Source: Candidatus Hydrogenedens sp.
GTDB taxonomy: Bacteria; Hydrogenedentota; Hydrogenedentia; Hydrogenedentales; Hydrogenedentaceae
Direction: 5' to 3'
Length of the DNA: 43,071 nucleotides
Assembly (NCBI GenBank): GCA_049968235.1
Contig: JBMFRC010000024.1
Location: 1 to 43,071 of the forward strand
The position numbers were made by a program, and so were the translations under genes. Below the pieces are notes generated by a model. That model ran no database searches, was not told where the DNA came from, and worked only from the letters and a program-made list of their open reading frames with translations. Shown here in pieces: positions 19,063-28,528 of the stretch (within the stretch, counting starts at the first letter, position 1; the number at the start of each line of letters is the position of its first letter).

Positions 19063-19691
19063 AGAATATTCCCTAACCAAAAAGTGCTTTCACGCACTAC
19101 TTGTTCCCATATCCTGTTCTCATCTGCTAAAACAAAACTCACTTTTATGGCTTTGGGATAAAAGGGTTTATCCCACTGTTCCAGCCAGTTATTTCCATCA
19201 TAACAATGAATTTTCATTGCAAGCACACCCGTCATGATAATTTCCCTTGCCCCACTTGGTTCTTTTTGTCCTGACGGACTTACCACTCGGACAAGGGCAG
19301 GGACACCGCCCAAACTTCTGTCTATGTAGTAAAAGACCTGCATAATTGAATTGTTATCATCAGAACTTACATAAAGGATAGGAAATGATATTTTATCATC
19401 ATCCAGAGGAACAGATTGATAACGTTTTTCATTTTCAATGTGTCGAACTACCCTTAAGTTTCCTTTTGTAAAGGTTGGAGAAACTATCTGGTCAAAATCT
19501 AATTGAAGCCGATTTATCAATCTCAAATAATTAATATTGATAGCCTGTCGAATTTCAGACTGGCGACGATAATCCATAATCTTACCGAACATAACCACGC
19601 CAATAGTGGATAGTATGGATAAGACAGCCAGAACCGTAATAATCTCAATTAAAGAAAAACCTCTACCATACACTCGCATAGTTTTCTTCAT
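19059..19691 (-). CDS. prepilin-type N-terminal cleavage/methylation domain pseudopilin (GspJ/H-like)
   Basis: Leader MKKTMRVYGRG, then FSLIEIITVLAVLSILSTIGVV with Gly at -1, Phe at +1, Glu at +5 and a hydrophobic helix. 210 aa. Confidence 0.7.
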   Translation of the reverse strand: MKKTMRVYGRGFSLIEIITVLAVLSILSTIGVVMFGKIMDYRRQSEIRQAININYLRLINRLQLDFDQIVSPTFTKGNLRVVRHIENEKRYQSVPLDDDKISFPILYVSSDDNNSIMQVFYYIDRSLGGVPALVRVVSPSGQKEPSGAREIIMTGVLAMKIHCYDGNNWLEQWDKPFYPKAIKVSFVLADENRIWEQVVRESTFWLGNIL

Positions 19692-20242
19692 TTTTTAATT
19701 ACCTTATCAATTTGGAAACGCGGAATAATTGAATTAACTGTATAGTACTTTGTTCGCCCAAATTCTTTATAAATCACAGTAACTACTATCTCATAGTACC
19801 CTTTTTCTTCGGGTAATAATTTTCCAAATGCTTTCCATCTAAATTTTTGGGAGACATTTTTATAATTTCTAAAACTTGCCCAATCCGGTGGGGCAATAAT
19901 GGGTATCTCTGTTACATTTCCAGCCTTTGCTTCATCTTCTGATGTTAAAATAGGAAAAACTTCTTCTTGAGCACTTGTATCGGGAATTTTCCAGATAAAT
20001 TTTTCAGGACAGTTTTTCAAATAATTTATCTTCTCATATGCTATATTACTGGCTAATATGGCATTTTGAGATGTTTGTGTCAGATTTAAACTTAATATAA
20101 ATAACTGTACCAGTGCAGTTATTGCTATACTTACCACAGCCAGAGCAACAAGTAATTCAATTAAAGTAAATCCCTCTATTCTTTTAATCCAAAATATCTT
20201 GTTTGTATCACAGTGTTTTTTTAGCATATGAAATACCATCAC
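19688..20242 (-). CDS. prepilin-type N-terminal cleavage/methylation domain pseudopilin
   Basis: RIEG-FTLIELLVALAVVSIAITALVQ class III signal with Glu at +5. The leader is unusually long (19-24 aa depending on start). 184 aa. It is the first gene of the operon and diverges from the LarA-like gene. Confidence 0.65.
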   Translation of the reverse strand: MMVFHMLKKHCDTNKIFWIKRIEGFTLIELLVALAVVSIAITALVQLFILSLNLTQTSQNAILASNIAYEKINYLKNCPEKFIWKIPDTSAQEEVFPILTSEDEAKAGNVTEIPIIAPPDWASFRNYKNVSQKFRWKAFGKLLPEEKGYYEIVVTVIYKEFGRTKYYTVNSIIPRFQIDKVIKK

Positions 20243-20265
20243 TCACTCTTTAATGTTCTATAATA

Positions 20266-21642
20266 ATGTATCATGTAAATAATATTCTTATTCAAATTTA
20301 TAATTATATGCAAAAAAAATATAACATAAATAATTTATCTAACAAAATATCCATTTCATTATTTTACAAAAATCGAGAGATAAAATCATCTCTTACACAA
20401 GAGGGATTTAAAGGAATTTTTGAATTACAGTTTCCTAAAATTCAAAATTTACCTGAACATTTATTTGAAGAAGCAATTCAAAATCCTATTGGCAACGCAA
20501 TAAATCCCTTTTCTCAAAAGATAAGTAATTTAAATATTTCGATTGCCATTTCTGATTCTTTTCGATATACAGGTCTTGAACAATTCATTAAACCCATGAT
20601 GAACAAACTATTTGTTTGTGGAGTTAATCCTAAAAAATTAAAATTTTTAGTATCTACAGGTTCTCATCGTCCACCAACAGAAACTGAATTGGAGTTATTA
20701 TTAACACCGGAAATATATAATACTTTCAAACAAAATATCTTTATTCCCCAACCGGAAGACCTAGAACAATATGAATATTTAGGGAAAACCAAAAGAGGGA
20801 CCCCTGTATATATATATAAAGAAGTCATGAATAGTGACCTTTTAGTTTTAACTGGGACTATTTTATATCATTATTTTGCAGGTTTTGGAGGAGGCAGGAA
20901 ACTAATAGTCCCGGGCTTGTCAGCATTACCTACCATTCGTCATAATCATGCATTAAGTATTCATCCAGAAAAATGTGAAATCCATCCCGATGTAAGACTT
21001 GGGAAATTGGATGGTAATCCTGTTGCAGAGGATTTAATGGAAGCAACCTTACTTACACAAAAAAATTATTTTATTATTAATACTATACTTTCTCCTGATA
21101 AAAAAATTTTAAAAATCTTTTGTGGCGACCTGATTAAAGCACATCAGCAAGGAGCGGAATATGCACAACAGGTGTATTCTATTAACATTCCCCATTTAGC
21201 AGATATAGTAATTGCTTCGGCAGGAGACGCAAAAAATTTTCTCCAGAGTCATAAAGCACTTGTAAATGCATGGCAAGCAAGAAAAAAACCTCATGGGAGG
21301 ATAATTTTTATTGCACCTTGTATAGAAGGATTGGGTGGTTATCAATTTCAAAAGTGGCTAGAGATAGGAGAAACGGAACAATTAGTTACTCATTTACGGG
21401 AAAAGGGTGAGGTCAATGGACAGACAGTAATATCCACATTAGAAAAATCTCCCTATACATACTTTCTTACAGAAATGGATGAAAAAATGGTAAATCTGCT
21501 GGGAGGTAAAAAAATTAGTAGTATTGAAGAGGGCTTCCAATTAGCCTGCGAAGAACTAAAAAAAGTTGGAATTTTGAAGCCTTCGTGGATATTCTTACCG
21601 CATGCTTCGTATTCTGTCCCTTATATTTCAGAGAAGAAATAA
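20266..21642 (+). CDS. LarA-like (DUF2088, nickel-pincer lactate racemase family) protein
   Basis: N-terminal region with AISDSFRYTG and STGSHRPPTETE (LarA D-TR / ATGTHR-like) plus the conserved HYFAGFGGGRKLIVPG motif. The true start may be the ATG at 20308. No larB/larC/larE are present in the window. Confidence 0.55.
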   Translation: MYHVNNILIQIYNYMQKKYNINNLSNKISISLFYKNREIKSSLTQEGFKGIFELQFPKIQNLPEHLFEEAIQNPIGNAINPFSQKISNLNISIAISDSFRYTGLEQFIKPMMNKLFVCGVNPKKLKFLVSTGSHRPPTETELELLLTPEIYNTFKQNIFIPQPEDLEQYEYLGKTKRGTPVYIYKEVMNSDLLVLTGTILYHYFAGFGGGRKLIVPGLSALPTIRHNHALSIHPEKCEIHPDVRLGKLDGNPVAEDLMEATLLTQKNYFIINTILSPDKKILKIFCGDLIKAHQQGAEYAQQVYSINIPHLADIVIASAGDAKNFLQSHKALVNAWQARKKPHGRIIFIAPCIEGLGGYQFQKWLEIGETEQLVTHLREKGEVNGQTVISTLEKSPYTYFLTEMDEKMVNLLGGKKISSIEEGFQLACEELKKVGILKPSWIFLPHASYSVPYISEKK

Positions 21643-21645
21643 GAT

Positions 21646-23376
21646 TTACATTCTTTCAGGTACAGAAATTCCTAAAAGATGAAGGGCATTCTGCATGGTT
21701 TGTAATGTCGCAGAACATATCTGTAAGCGTGCTACTTTGATTTCTTCTTTTTCTGCTTGTAAAACAGGGCAGGTGTGATAAAAAGAGGTAAATATATGTG
21801 CTAAATCTAATGCATAGCCTGCAATTATAGCCGGATTGCGTTGTTCAATACTATTCAATACTGTTGATGGAAACTCTGCAATTTTTCGGACCAATATCCA
21901 TTCTTCATCTTGTTGTATCGGAATATGGTTACTTATTTCTGTAGGGATTTCTTTTCCATATTTGCGAAGGATAGATTTTATTCGGGCACAACTATATTGC
22001 AAGTAGGGACCTGTATCCCCTTCAAATGACAACGCACTTTCTATGTCAAAAATAACATTTTTAGTCGGAGTTACTCGAAGTACTGCAAAACGAATAGCAG
22101 AAACAGCCACTTGTTCAGCAATCAGTTTTTGTTCTTCTTCTGAAAGTTCCTTACATTGTTCCTGCACTCTTTTGAATGCTAAATCAGAAGCGGTATCCAA
22201 AAAATCAGAAAGAAGTACCACATTACCCTGCCTTGTTGACATTTTCCCTTCTTTTAGTAAAATATAAGAATAGAACACAGGAACAGGGGGAGTATAACCT
22301 GCACTGGACAAAATCAGAGAAATTTGTTGTAAATATAGTTTGTGGTCTTCACCTAAAACGATAATATCCACATCTGCACCCCGATGTTCCTTATATATGG
22401 TATATGCCAGGTCTCGATAGCCATACATGGAACTACCATTAGCTCGACGCAAAACGAAATAGCGACCTTCTTCTTGAGCATACCCTAATGGAGCCATATC
22501 TACTGTTAATCTTTGTTCTTCATCAATAAATAAAGCACCTTTCGTTTTTAATACATCTAAAACTTTGTTTAATTCTTCGGATTCAATAAAATTTGATTCT
22601 CTATCAAAATAATCGTAATTTATGTCTAATCGTTTCAATACCTGTAGTTGCCCTTTTAAGCACATATCCGTTACATGGAAAAACTTTCTACGAACATCTT
22701 CATCCCCTTCTTCCATCTTTGCTAATAAATCATATCCTTTTTGTGCAAACTCCGGGTCGTTTTCTGCTCGTTGATTTGCTCGAACATAAGCCTGCAATAT
22801 CCCATTAAAATCTAAGTTCTCAATTTCGTCAGAAATAAGAACCAATAAACCTATTTGTCGTCCCATATCATTTACATAGTAATGAACCTCTGTATCATAA
22901 CCTTCAAAACGGAAAATGCGAGATAAACTATCTCCTATCATCGCATTTCTTGCTCGTCCTACATGTGGGCTTGCATTCGGATTAATACTTGTATGTTCTA
23001 TAAGTGCCTTCTTACCTTTTCCAGAAAATGAAGAACCAAATTGTTTGGTATTCAATAATACCTCCTTAATAATTTTCCCTGCAGTAATATCTCTATTAAG
23101 AAATAGATTTAGATAACCACCAACTCGCTCAACTTTATCTACAAAAGGTTCTATATGCACCAGAGGCATACACTTTTCAGCCAGTTCAGGTAAGGGGATA
23201 TTTAGTTTTTTAGATAAAGCAAAAAGAGGAATGGAAACATCACCCATTTTTATATCCGGAGGTGAAGAAATGAGAATATCTTTATCTGTAATTTCTCCAA
23301 AATTATTAACAAGATTACTTTTTACCTTATTTACTATATCTAACACAATAAAAACACTCCTTTTACAAAAGGGCAA
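21646..23376 (-). CDS. argS: arginine--tRNA ligase
   Basis: 576 aa. Class I HIGH-type motif region INPNASPHVGRARNAMIGD and a C-terminal DALR anticodon-binding domain. The stop is 3 nt from the convergent LarA-like stop. Confidence 0.9.
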   Translation of the reverse strand: MPFCKRSVFIVLDIVNKVKSNLVNNFGEITDKDILISSPPDIKMGDVSIPLFALSKKLNIPLPELAEKCMPLVHIEPFVDKVERVGGYLNLFLNRDITAGKIIKEVLLNTKQFGSSFSGKGKKALIEHTSINPNASPHVGRARNAMIGDSLSRIFRFEGYDTEVHYYVNDMGRQIGLLVLISDEIENLDFNGILQAYVRANQRAENDPEFAQKGYDLLAKMEEGDEDVRRKFFHVTDMCLKGQLQVLKRLDINYDYFDRESNFIESEELNKVLDVLKTKGALFIDEEQRLTVDMAPLGYAQEEGRYFVLRRANGSSMYGYRDLAYTIYKEHRGADVDIIVLGEDHKLYLQQISLILSSAGYTPPVPVFYSYILLKEGKMSTRQGNVVLLSDFLDTASDLAFKRVQEQCKELSEEEQKLIAEQVAVSAIRFAVLRVTPTKNVIFDIESALSFEGDTGPYLQYSCARIKSILRKYGKEIPTEISNHIPIQQDEEWILVRKIAEFPSTVLNSIEQRNPAIIAGYALDLAHIFTSFYHTCPVLQAEKEEIKVARLQICSATLQTMQNALHLLGISVPERM

Positions 23377-23443
23377 TATATAAAAATAGGATTTATTTTT
23401 TATTTTTAATAAAACTATCTTGAAAAACAGATTATAGATTCAA

Positions 23444-24331
23444 TTAGATGCCTTCGAGACAGGACAAGGTAGCCCTTAATGTATCTTCATAATTACCCGT
23501 CGAATGTCCACATTCCAGAGATACAAATCCTTTGTAGTCCGTTTGGGCAATGGCTTTAAAGATATTGTGGTAATTCAATTCTCCAGTACCGGGTTCTTTT
23601 CTTCCCGGATTATCAGCCACATGGAAATGTCCAATACGACTTATATTTTCTGTTAAATTGCGGATTACATTTCCTTCTGTTATCTGTTGATGATATATAT
23701 CAAACAGCATTAATACATTGGGGCTATTCACTTCTTTAAGGATTTCCATCGTATCATCTGTCCTACATAAGAAATATCCATGATGGTCAACAAGTGGATT
23801 TAATGCTTCGACGACAATAAATACTTGATTATCCTCTGCAATGGGAGCCAATCTTTTGAGACATTTAATCACATTTTCTTTCTGCACATCTCGCGGAACA
23901 TCATTGCGTTCATTGCCTGTGAGACCAATTAACCGTTTGCAGTTTAATTGTTTTGCTAATCCAATTCTTTCACGGAATTGTTTTTCAAGGCGGTCATGGT
24001 CGGTTTCATCTACCATCTGTCGTGGAGCTATGGCTCCAACCCCGACAATACAACTTAACTCCAATCCTAATGCATCTGCTTTATTACGAATAGCACCAAA
24101 ATCACCCTTAGGATTTAGCCATTCATAAGCAGATAAGCCCCAACCTGCAACCGCTTCTAACTTTTCTTCGGGTTTCCGTCCCGGGAACCAATCCAATGGG
24201 GCAGATATTCTTAACTTAACTTTGGAAAAAGGTTTATCATCAGGAATGGCTCCATAACCTTTTTTACTTGCAATAAATGAACCACCTGCTATGGCACTTG
24301 CACAGGTAATAAAAAAATTCCTTCTTTTCAT
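23444..24331 (-). CDS. Tat-signal sugar phosphate isomerase/epimerase (xylose isomerase-like TIM barrel)
   Basis: The ATG at 24331 is preceded by AAGGAG. Twin-arginine signal MKRRNFFITCASAIAGG, then a xylose-isomerase-like TIM barrel with metal-binding His/Glu positions (FIVVEALNP, GHFHVADN). The track ORF starts 39 nt further upstream. Confidence 0.7.
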   Translation of the reverse strand: MKRRNFFITCASAIAGGSFIASKKGYGAIPDDKPFSKVKLRISAPLDWFPGRKPEEKLEAVAGWGLSAYEWLNPKGDFGAIRNKADALGLELSCIVGVGAIAPRQMVDETDHDRLEKQFRERIGLAKQLNCKRLIGLTGNERNDVPRDVQKENVIKCLKRLAPIAEDNQVFIVVEALNPLVDHHGYFLCRTDDTMEILKEVNSPNVLMLFDIYHQQITEGNVIRNLTENISRIGHFHVADNPGRKEPGTGELNYHNIFKAIAQTDYKGFVSLECGHSTGNYEDTLRATLSCLEGI

Positions 24332-24489
24332 ATTTTTGCTCCTTATTATGTTATATACTTTTTGCGACACAAATTATTTTATTTGATTATACTATGAATA
24401 AAATTTTATTATCGAGTTTATAGTATAAATTATAAAATAACCATGCATTTATGATGTAATAGCCCTTCAACTCAAGGATTGAAGATAGA

Positions 24490-25434
24490 ATGAAGTTATC
24501 GTTTGTCATCCCTGCATATAATGAGGAAAAAACTATAAAGCCCTTAGTTGAGGGTATCATTAAACACACATCTTCTCACGATGTTCAAATTATTTTGATT
24601 GATGATGGAAGCACCGATTTAACTTTTCAAGCCATGTTAAAGATCCAATCAGAGTATCCTCAGGTAAAGATTATAAAATTTCGTAGGAATTTTGGAAAAA
24701 GCCGTGCCTTATCTGCCGGTTTTCATGAAGCAGATGGGGATATTGTTATCACAATGGATGCGGATTTACAGGATGACCCCAAAGAAATACCGCGAATGAT
24801 AGAAAAAATGCAAGAAGGTTATGATGTCGTATGTGGGTGGAAAAAACGACGACTTGACCCATGGCATAAAACATTCCCCTCTAAAATATACAATGCTATA
24901 ATTCGATATGTATTTCATGTAAACCTGCACGATGTCAATACTGGCTTTAAAGCCTTTCGCAAGGAAGTTATTCCCAATATTCCTTTGTATGGAGAGATGC
25001 ACCGATTAATCGCAATAATTGCTTCCGAATTGGGGTTTAAAGTAACAGAAATTCCAGTAGAACACCATCCAAGAAAATATGGTAAATCTAAATTTGGTTT
25101 CAGTCGTTTTTTCTTTGGGGCAGTAGATGTGTATACCGTCTGGTTTTTATCAAGACATAGTCAATCCCCTTCTTACTTTTTTACTAAACGTGGATTAATG
25201 GCTATCGGGATAGGGATGTTGTGTTTATTCGGTAGTCTTATAGGGTTTTACATGGATGGGGAACAACTTCGTTATGTATTTTTGGGAACGGTTGGTTCTG
25301 TCTTTGCAGGGATTGGATTTTTGAATATTGGAACCGGTTTAATTGCAGAAATACTCCGCAGGGAATTTGCTTTCAAGCAGGACCATTCTCTTATCGAATG
25401 TATTAAAAATAGCAACCGAAATTCCATCGATTAA
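24490..25434 (+). CDS. GT2 family polyprenyl-phosphate glycosyltransferase (second copy, GtrB/ArnC-like)
   Basis: SFVIPAYNEE, IDDGSTD and a DADLQDDP DxD-type motif, with two C-terminal TM helices. It is a paralog of the gene at 2827-3834. Confidence 0.8.
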   Translation: MKLSFVIPAYNEEKTIKPLVEGIIKHTSSHDVQIILIDDGSTDLTFQAMLKIQSEYPQVKIIKFRRNFGKSRALSAGFHEADGDIVITMDADLQDDPKEIPRMIEKMQEGYDVVCGWKKRRLDPWHKTFPSKIYNAIIRYVFHVNLHDVNTGFKAFRKEVIPNIPLYGEMHRLIAIIASELGFKVTEIPVEHHPRKYGKSKFGFSRFFFGAVDVYTVWFLSRHSQSPSYFFTKRGLMAIGIGMLCLFGSLIGFYMDGEQLRYVFLGTVGSVFAGIGFLNIGTGLIAEILRREFAFKQDHSLIECIKNSNRNSID

Positions 25435-25466
25435 TATTTGTATAGTTCAAATATAGGAGAATTACT

Positions 25467-27731
25467 ATGATATATTTTACCCTTCTGTTATTTGCTTTGA
25501 ATTCATGGGAATTGCCTGCCCCAATTGATAAGGAAGCAGTTCCATCAGCATTTTTTAAGGACCGTTTACATGCATATATCTGGCTCAACTGGTCTGTTGT
25601 GCCTATTTCACGGATAGCAGATACAATAGGAGCGAAAGAAGAGGATATTCGCACTATTGGAAAACGAATGGGACTGCCTGAACCTTATCCAATTACAGAA
25701 GAAGAATTAGAACGATTGCATTGCACCATAATACGAAGAAATTGGCATCTACTCCCTTATGAACAAATCATAAAATTATTAAAATGGGATACACAGCAAC
25801 TGGCATACACATTACGCGAAGATGATTTCCTCTTTATTAAGTTAGGGGGGTTCAAACCTAAATGTCCACCATTAATCTATCAGGAACCTGATGAAGAAAC
25901 CCTTGAATATGAAAAACAAATAGGGAATATGGTAAACAGACTGTTTCCGGAAGGAATACAATGTTGGGGAGAAAAACCTTTCCATTTTATAGAAGAAATG
26001 TCTGCTATTAATAATAATTCTATTGTTGAAGTTTCAACTAAAGAAATCCCTCGTTATTGTTCCTCTTATTTCTTGAAATATGGAGACCCCTTTGCAAACC
26101 TTGAAGAATCCTATCCCCGGGGATATATACAAAAATTGCGAGAGAACGGTGTAAACGGCGTATGGCTACAATCGGTCCTTTATCTCTTAACTCCTTTCCC
26201 CTGGGATGTAGAAATTAGTAAAGGTTGGGAACAAAGATTAGAAAATTTAAAAGGATTTTCAGAAGAACTGAAAAAAGAAGAAATAAAAGTATATTTATAT
26301 TTAAATGAACCGAGGGCTATGCCTAATTCTTTTTATGAAAAATATCCGGAATTGAAAGGTGTTAATGAAGGAGATTTTTCTGCCCTTTGCACATCTCATC
26401 CTAATGTTCAGAATTATATAAGAAATGCTGTTAAGATGATTTGTGAAAAGGTTCCTGATTTAGGAGGTTTCTTTACTATTAGTGCTTCTGAAAATCTTAC
26501 TAACTGTTGGTCTCATCATCATGGGGAAAATTGCCCTCGTTGTTCGAAACGAAATCCTGCAGAGGTTATAGCGGAACTGCATCAACTCATTCAATCAGGA
26601 ATTGAATCTGCAAACTCGTCGTGTAAACTTATAGCATGGGATTGGGGCTGGAAAGATGATTGGGTCGAAGGAATTATCTCAAATCTACCCCCTAAAACAG
26701 CCGTTATGAGCGTTAGTGAATGGAATATTCCTATTACTCGTGGGGGTATCAATTCTATTATTGGAGAATACAGTTTGACCGAACCCGGACCGGGTCCCCG
26801 TGCTTCTCGGCATTGGGACATTGCCCATAAATATAACCATCCCATCTTTGCCAAACTGCAAATAGGAACAACATGGGAATTAGGTTCTGTTCCATATATT
26901 CCCGTTCTCGAAAATGTCGCTACTCATGCAAAAAACCTACGCGAGAAACATTTAGATGGTTGTATGCTTGGTTGGACATTAGGAGGTTACCCTTCTCCTA
27001 ATATGCAGGTATTTAATCTACTAATGGACCATCCTGAATATGATATAGATACTGCACTAATTCAGACTGCAGAAAAGCGATTCGGGAAAACAATGGCACC
27101 GATAATGGTTAAAGCATGGAAACAAATTACACAGGGATTTAAAGAATATCCATTCCATATTATTGTTGTTTATAAGAGTCCTGTTCATGTGGGTCCATCA
27201 AATCCTTTATGGGTCAAATCTACAGGATATACTGCCACTATGACAGGATTCCCTTATGACGATGTAAAAAACTGGTGTGGTGTATTCCCTCCTGAAATTT
27301 TTGCGAATCAGATGAAAAAAGTATCCAGCAGTTTTATGGATTCGCTTTCAATAATAAAAACAGTAATGAAAAATGACAATATAGATAACCCAATATATAA
27401 AAATAATTTTGAACAGGAGTGTAGAGTTATCGAAGTTTGTGCAATTCATTATGAAAGTGTTGCAAATCAAACTTACTTCATTCTTCTTCGAAATGAACTT
27501 ATAAATGCTAATGCGTCTGATGAGAGGAAAAAACAAATCATTGAAAACTTGAAACAGTTTATCCAGAGAGAAAAAGAATTAGCCATAAGAGAATATCATA
27601 TACAAATTTCTGACAGCCGATTTGGATTTGAAGCAACCAATCATTATTTCTTTGTTCCACTTGACCTGGTTCTTAAATCCCTAAATTGCGAAAACCTCTT
27701 GAATAACTGGATACCTCAAATTTCACAATAA
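25467..27731 (+). CDS. large hypothetical protein, possibly a glycoside-hydrolase-like TIM barrel, with a Cys/His cluster
   Basis: 754 aa with a hydrophobic N-terminus and Trp-rich segments. A CWSHHHGENCPRC motif (C-x8-C-x2-C preceded by three His) is present. It is only 32 nt downstream of the GT2 gene on the same strand. The functional call is weak. Confidence 0.4.
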   Translation: MIYFTLLLFALNSWELPAPIDKEAVPSAFFKDRLHAYIWLNWSVVPISRIADTIGAKEEDIRTIGKRMGLPEPYPITEEELERLHCTIIRRNWHLLPYEQIIKLLKWDTQQLAYTLREDDFLFIKLGGFKPKCPPLIYQEPDEETLEYEKQIGNMVNRLFPEGIQCWGEKPFHFIEEMSAINNNSIVEVSTKEIPRYCSSYFLKYGDPFANLEESYPRGYIQKLRENGVNGVWLQSVLYLLTPFPWDVEISKGWEQRLENLKGFSEELKKEEIKVYLYLNEPRAMPNSFYEKYPELKGVNEGDFSALCTSHPNVQNYIRNAVKMICEKVPDLGGFFTISASENLTNCWSHHHGENCPRCSKRNPAEVIAELHQLIQSGIESANSSCKLIAWDWGWKDDWVEGIISNLPPKTAVMSVSEWNIPITRGGINSIIGEYSLTEPGPGPRASRHWDIAHKYNHPIFAKLQIGTTWELGSVPYIPVLENVATHAKNLREKHLDGCMLGWTLGGYPSPNMQVFNLLMDHPEYDIDTALIQTAEKRFGKTMAPIMVKAWKQITQGFKEYPFHIIVVYKSPVHVGPSNPLWVKSTGYTATMTGFPYDDVKNWCGVFPPEIFANQMKKVSSSFMDSLSIIKTVMKNDNIDNPIYKNNFEQECRVIEVCAIHYESVANQTYFILLRNELINANASDERKKQIIENLKQFIQREKELAIREYHIQISDSRFGFEATNHYFFVPLDLVLKSLNCENLLNNWIPQISQ

Positions 27732-27748
27732 AAATCCGTATAACTTTT

Positions 27749-28519
27749 ATGGAAGAAACCGTAATAAAAAGGCAATATAAAGGAATCATCTGTTATGATG
27801 GTGAGTTTTTTCATGGATGGCAATACCAACCTAATAAAAAAACTGTTCAAGGAGAAGTAGAGAAAAACCTTTCTTTAATTACAAGAAAAGAGATACATGT
27901 TCAAGGTGCTTCTCGAACAGATGCAGGGGTACACGCATTAGGACAAACCTTCACTTTCTATTATGAAGGAACTATACCCACAAGGTTACGCCACGCGGTA
28001 TCTCAACTTCTTGCACCGCATGCTAAAATTTTAGAAATTGAAGAAGTTCCGTTAAATTTTGATGTATGCCGTGATGTAAAATGGAAAAAATATTGTTATA
28101 CATTTGATTTATCAAAAGAACCCAATCCTTTCTCCATCAAATACGCCTGGCATGTCCCTTATAAAATAAATTTAGACCTGCTTTGCGAATTATTACCCGA
28201 ATTGATTGGGACCCATGATTTTGCAGGTTTCCAGAGTACAGGAAGTCAAATGCAGACAACCGTCCGTACCCTGTACTCTCTTGAATTAAAGAAAGGGGGG
28301 GTAATTACATCTATTAATTCAGCCGACCTATGGCACATCGAATTTGTCGGAAATGGTTTTCTTTACCATATGGTACGAAATATTACAGGAACACTCATTG
28401 AAATTGCCAGAGGTAGATTTACAAAAGAATTTCTCTACAAATGCCTTTATGAAAATAAAAAATTTAACGGACTTTGTTCTCCTCCCCATGGTCTTACTCT
28501 TGTAGAAATAAAATATTAA
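27749..28519 (+). CDS. truA: tRNA pseudouridine(38-40) synthase
   Basis: 256 aa. N-terminal ICYDGEFFHGWQYQP and the catalytic Asp motif RTDAGVHALGQ. Confidence 0.9.
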   Translation: MEETVIKRQYKGIICYDGEFFHGWQYQPNKKTVQGEVEKNLSLITRKEIHVQGASRTDAGVHALGQTFTFYYEGTIPTRLRHAVSQLLAPHAKILEIEEVPLNFDVCRDVKWKKYCYTFDLSKEPNPFSIKYAWHVPYKINLDLLCELLPELIGTHDFAGFQSTGSQMQTTVRTLYSLELKKGGVITSINSADLWHIEFVGNGFLYHMVRNITGTLIEIARGRFTKEFLYKCLYENKKFNGLCSPPHGLTLVEIKY

Positions 28520-28528
28520 TATGATAAA

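Noticed and set aside
24446-24489. The small inverted repeat CTTCAA-CTCAAGGA-TTGAAG immediately upstream of the second GT2 start codon
   Set aside because: The 6-bp AT-rich stem is too weak to call a regulatory hairpin without comparative support.
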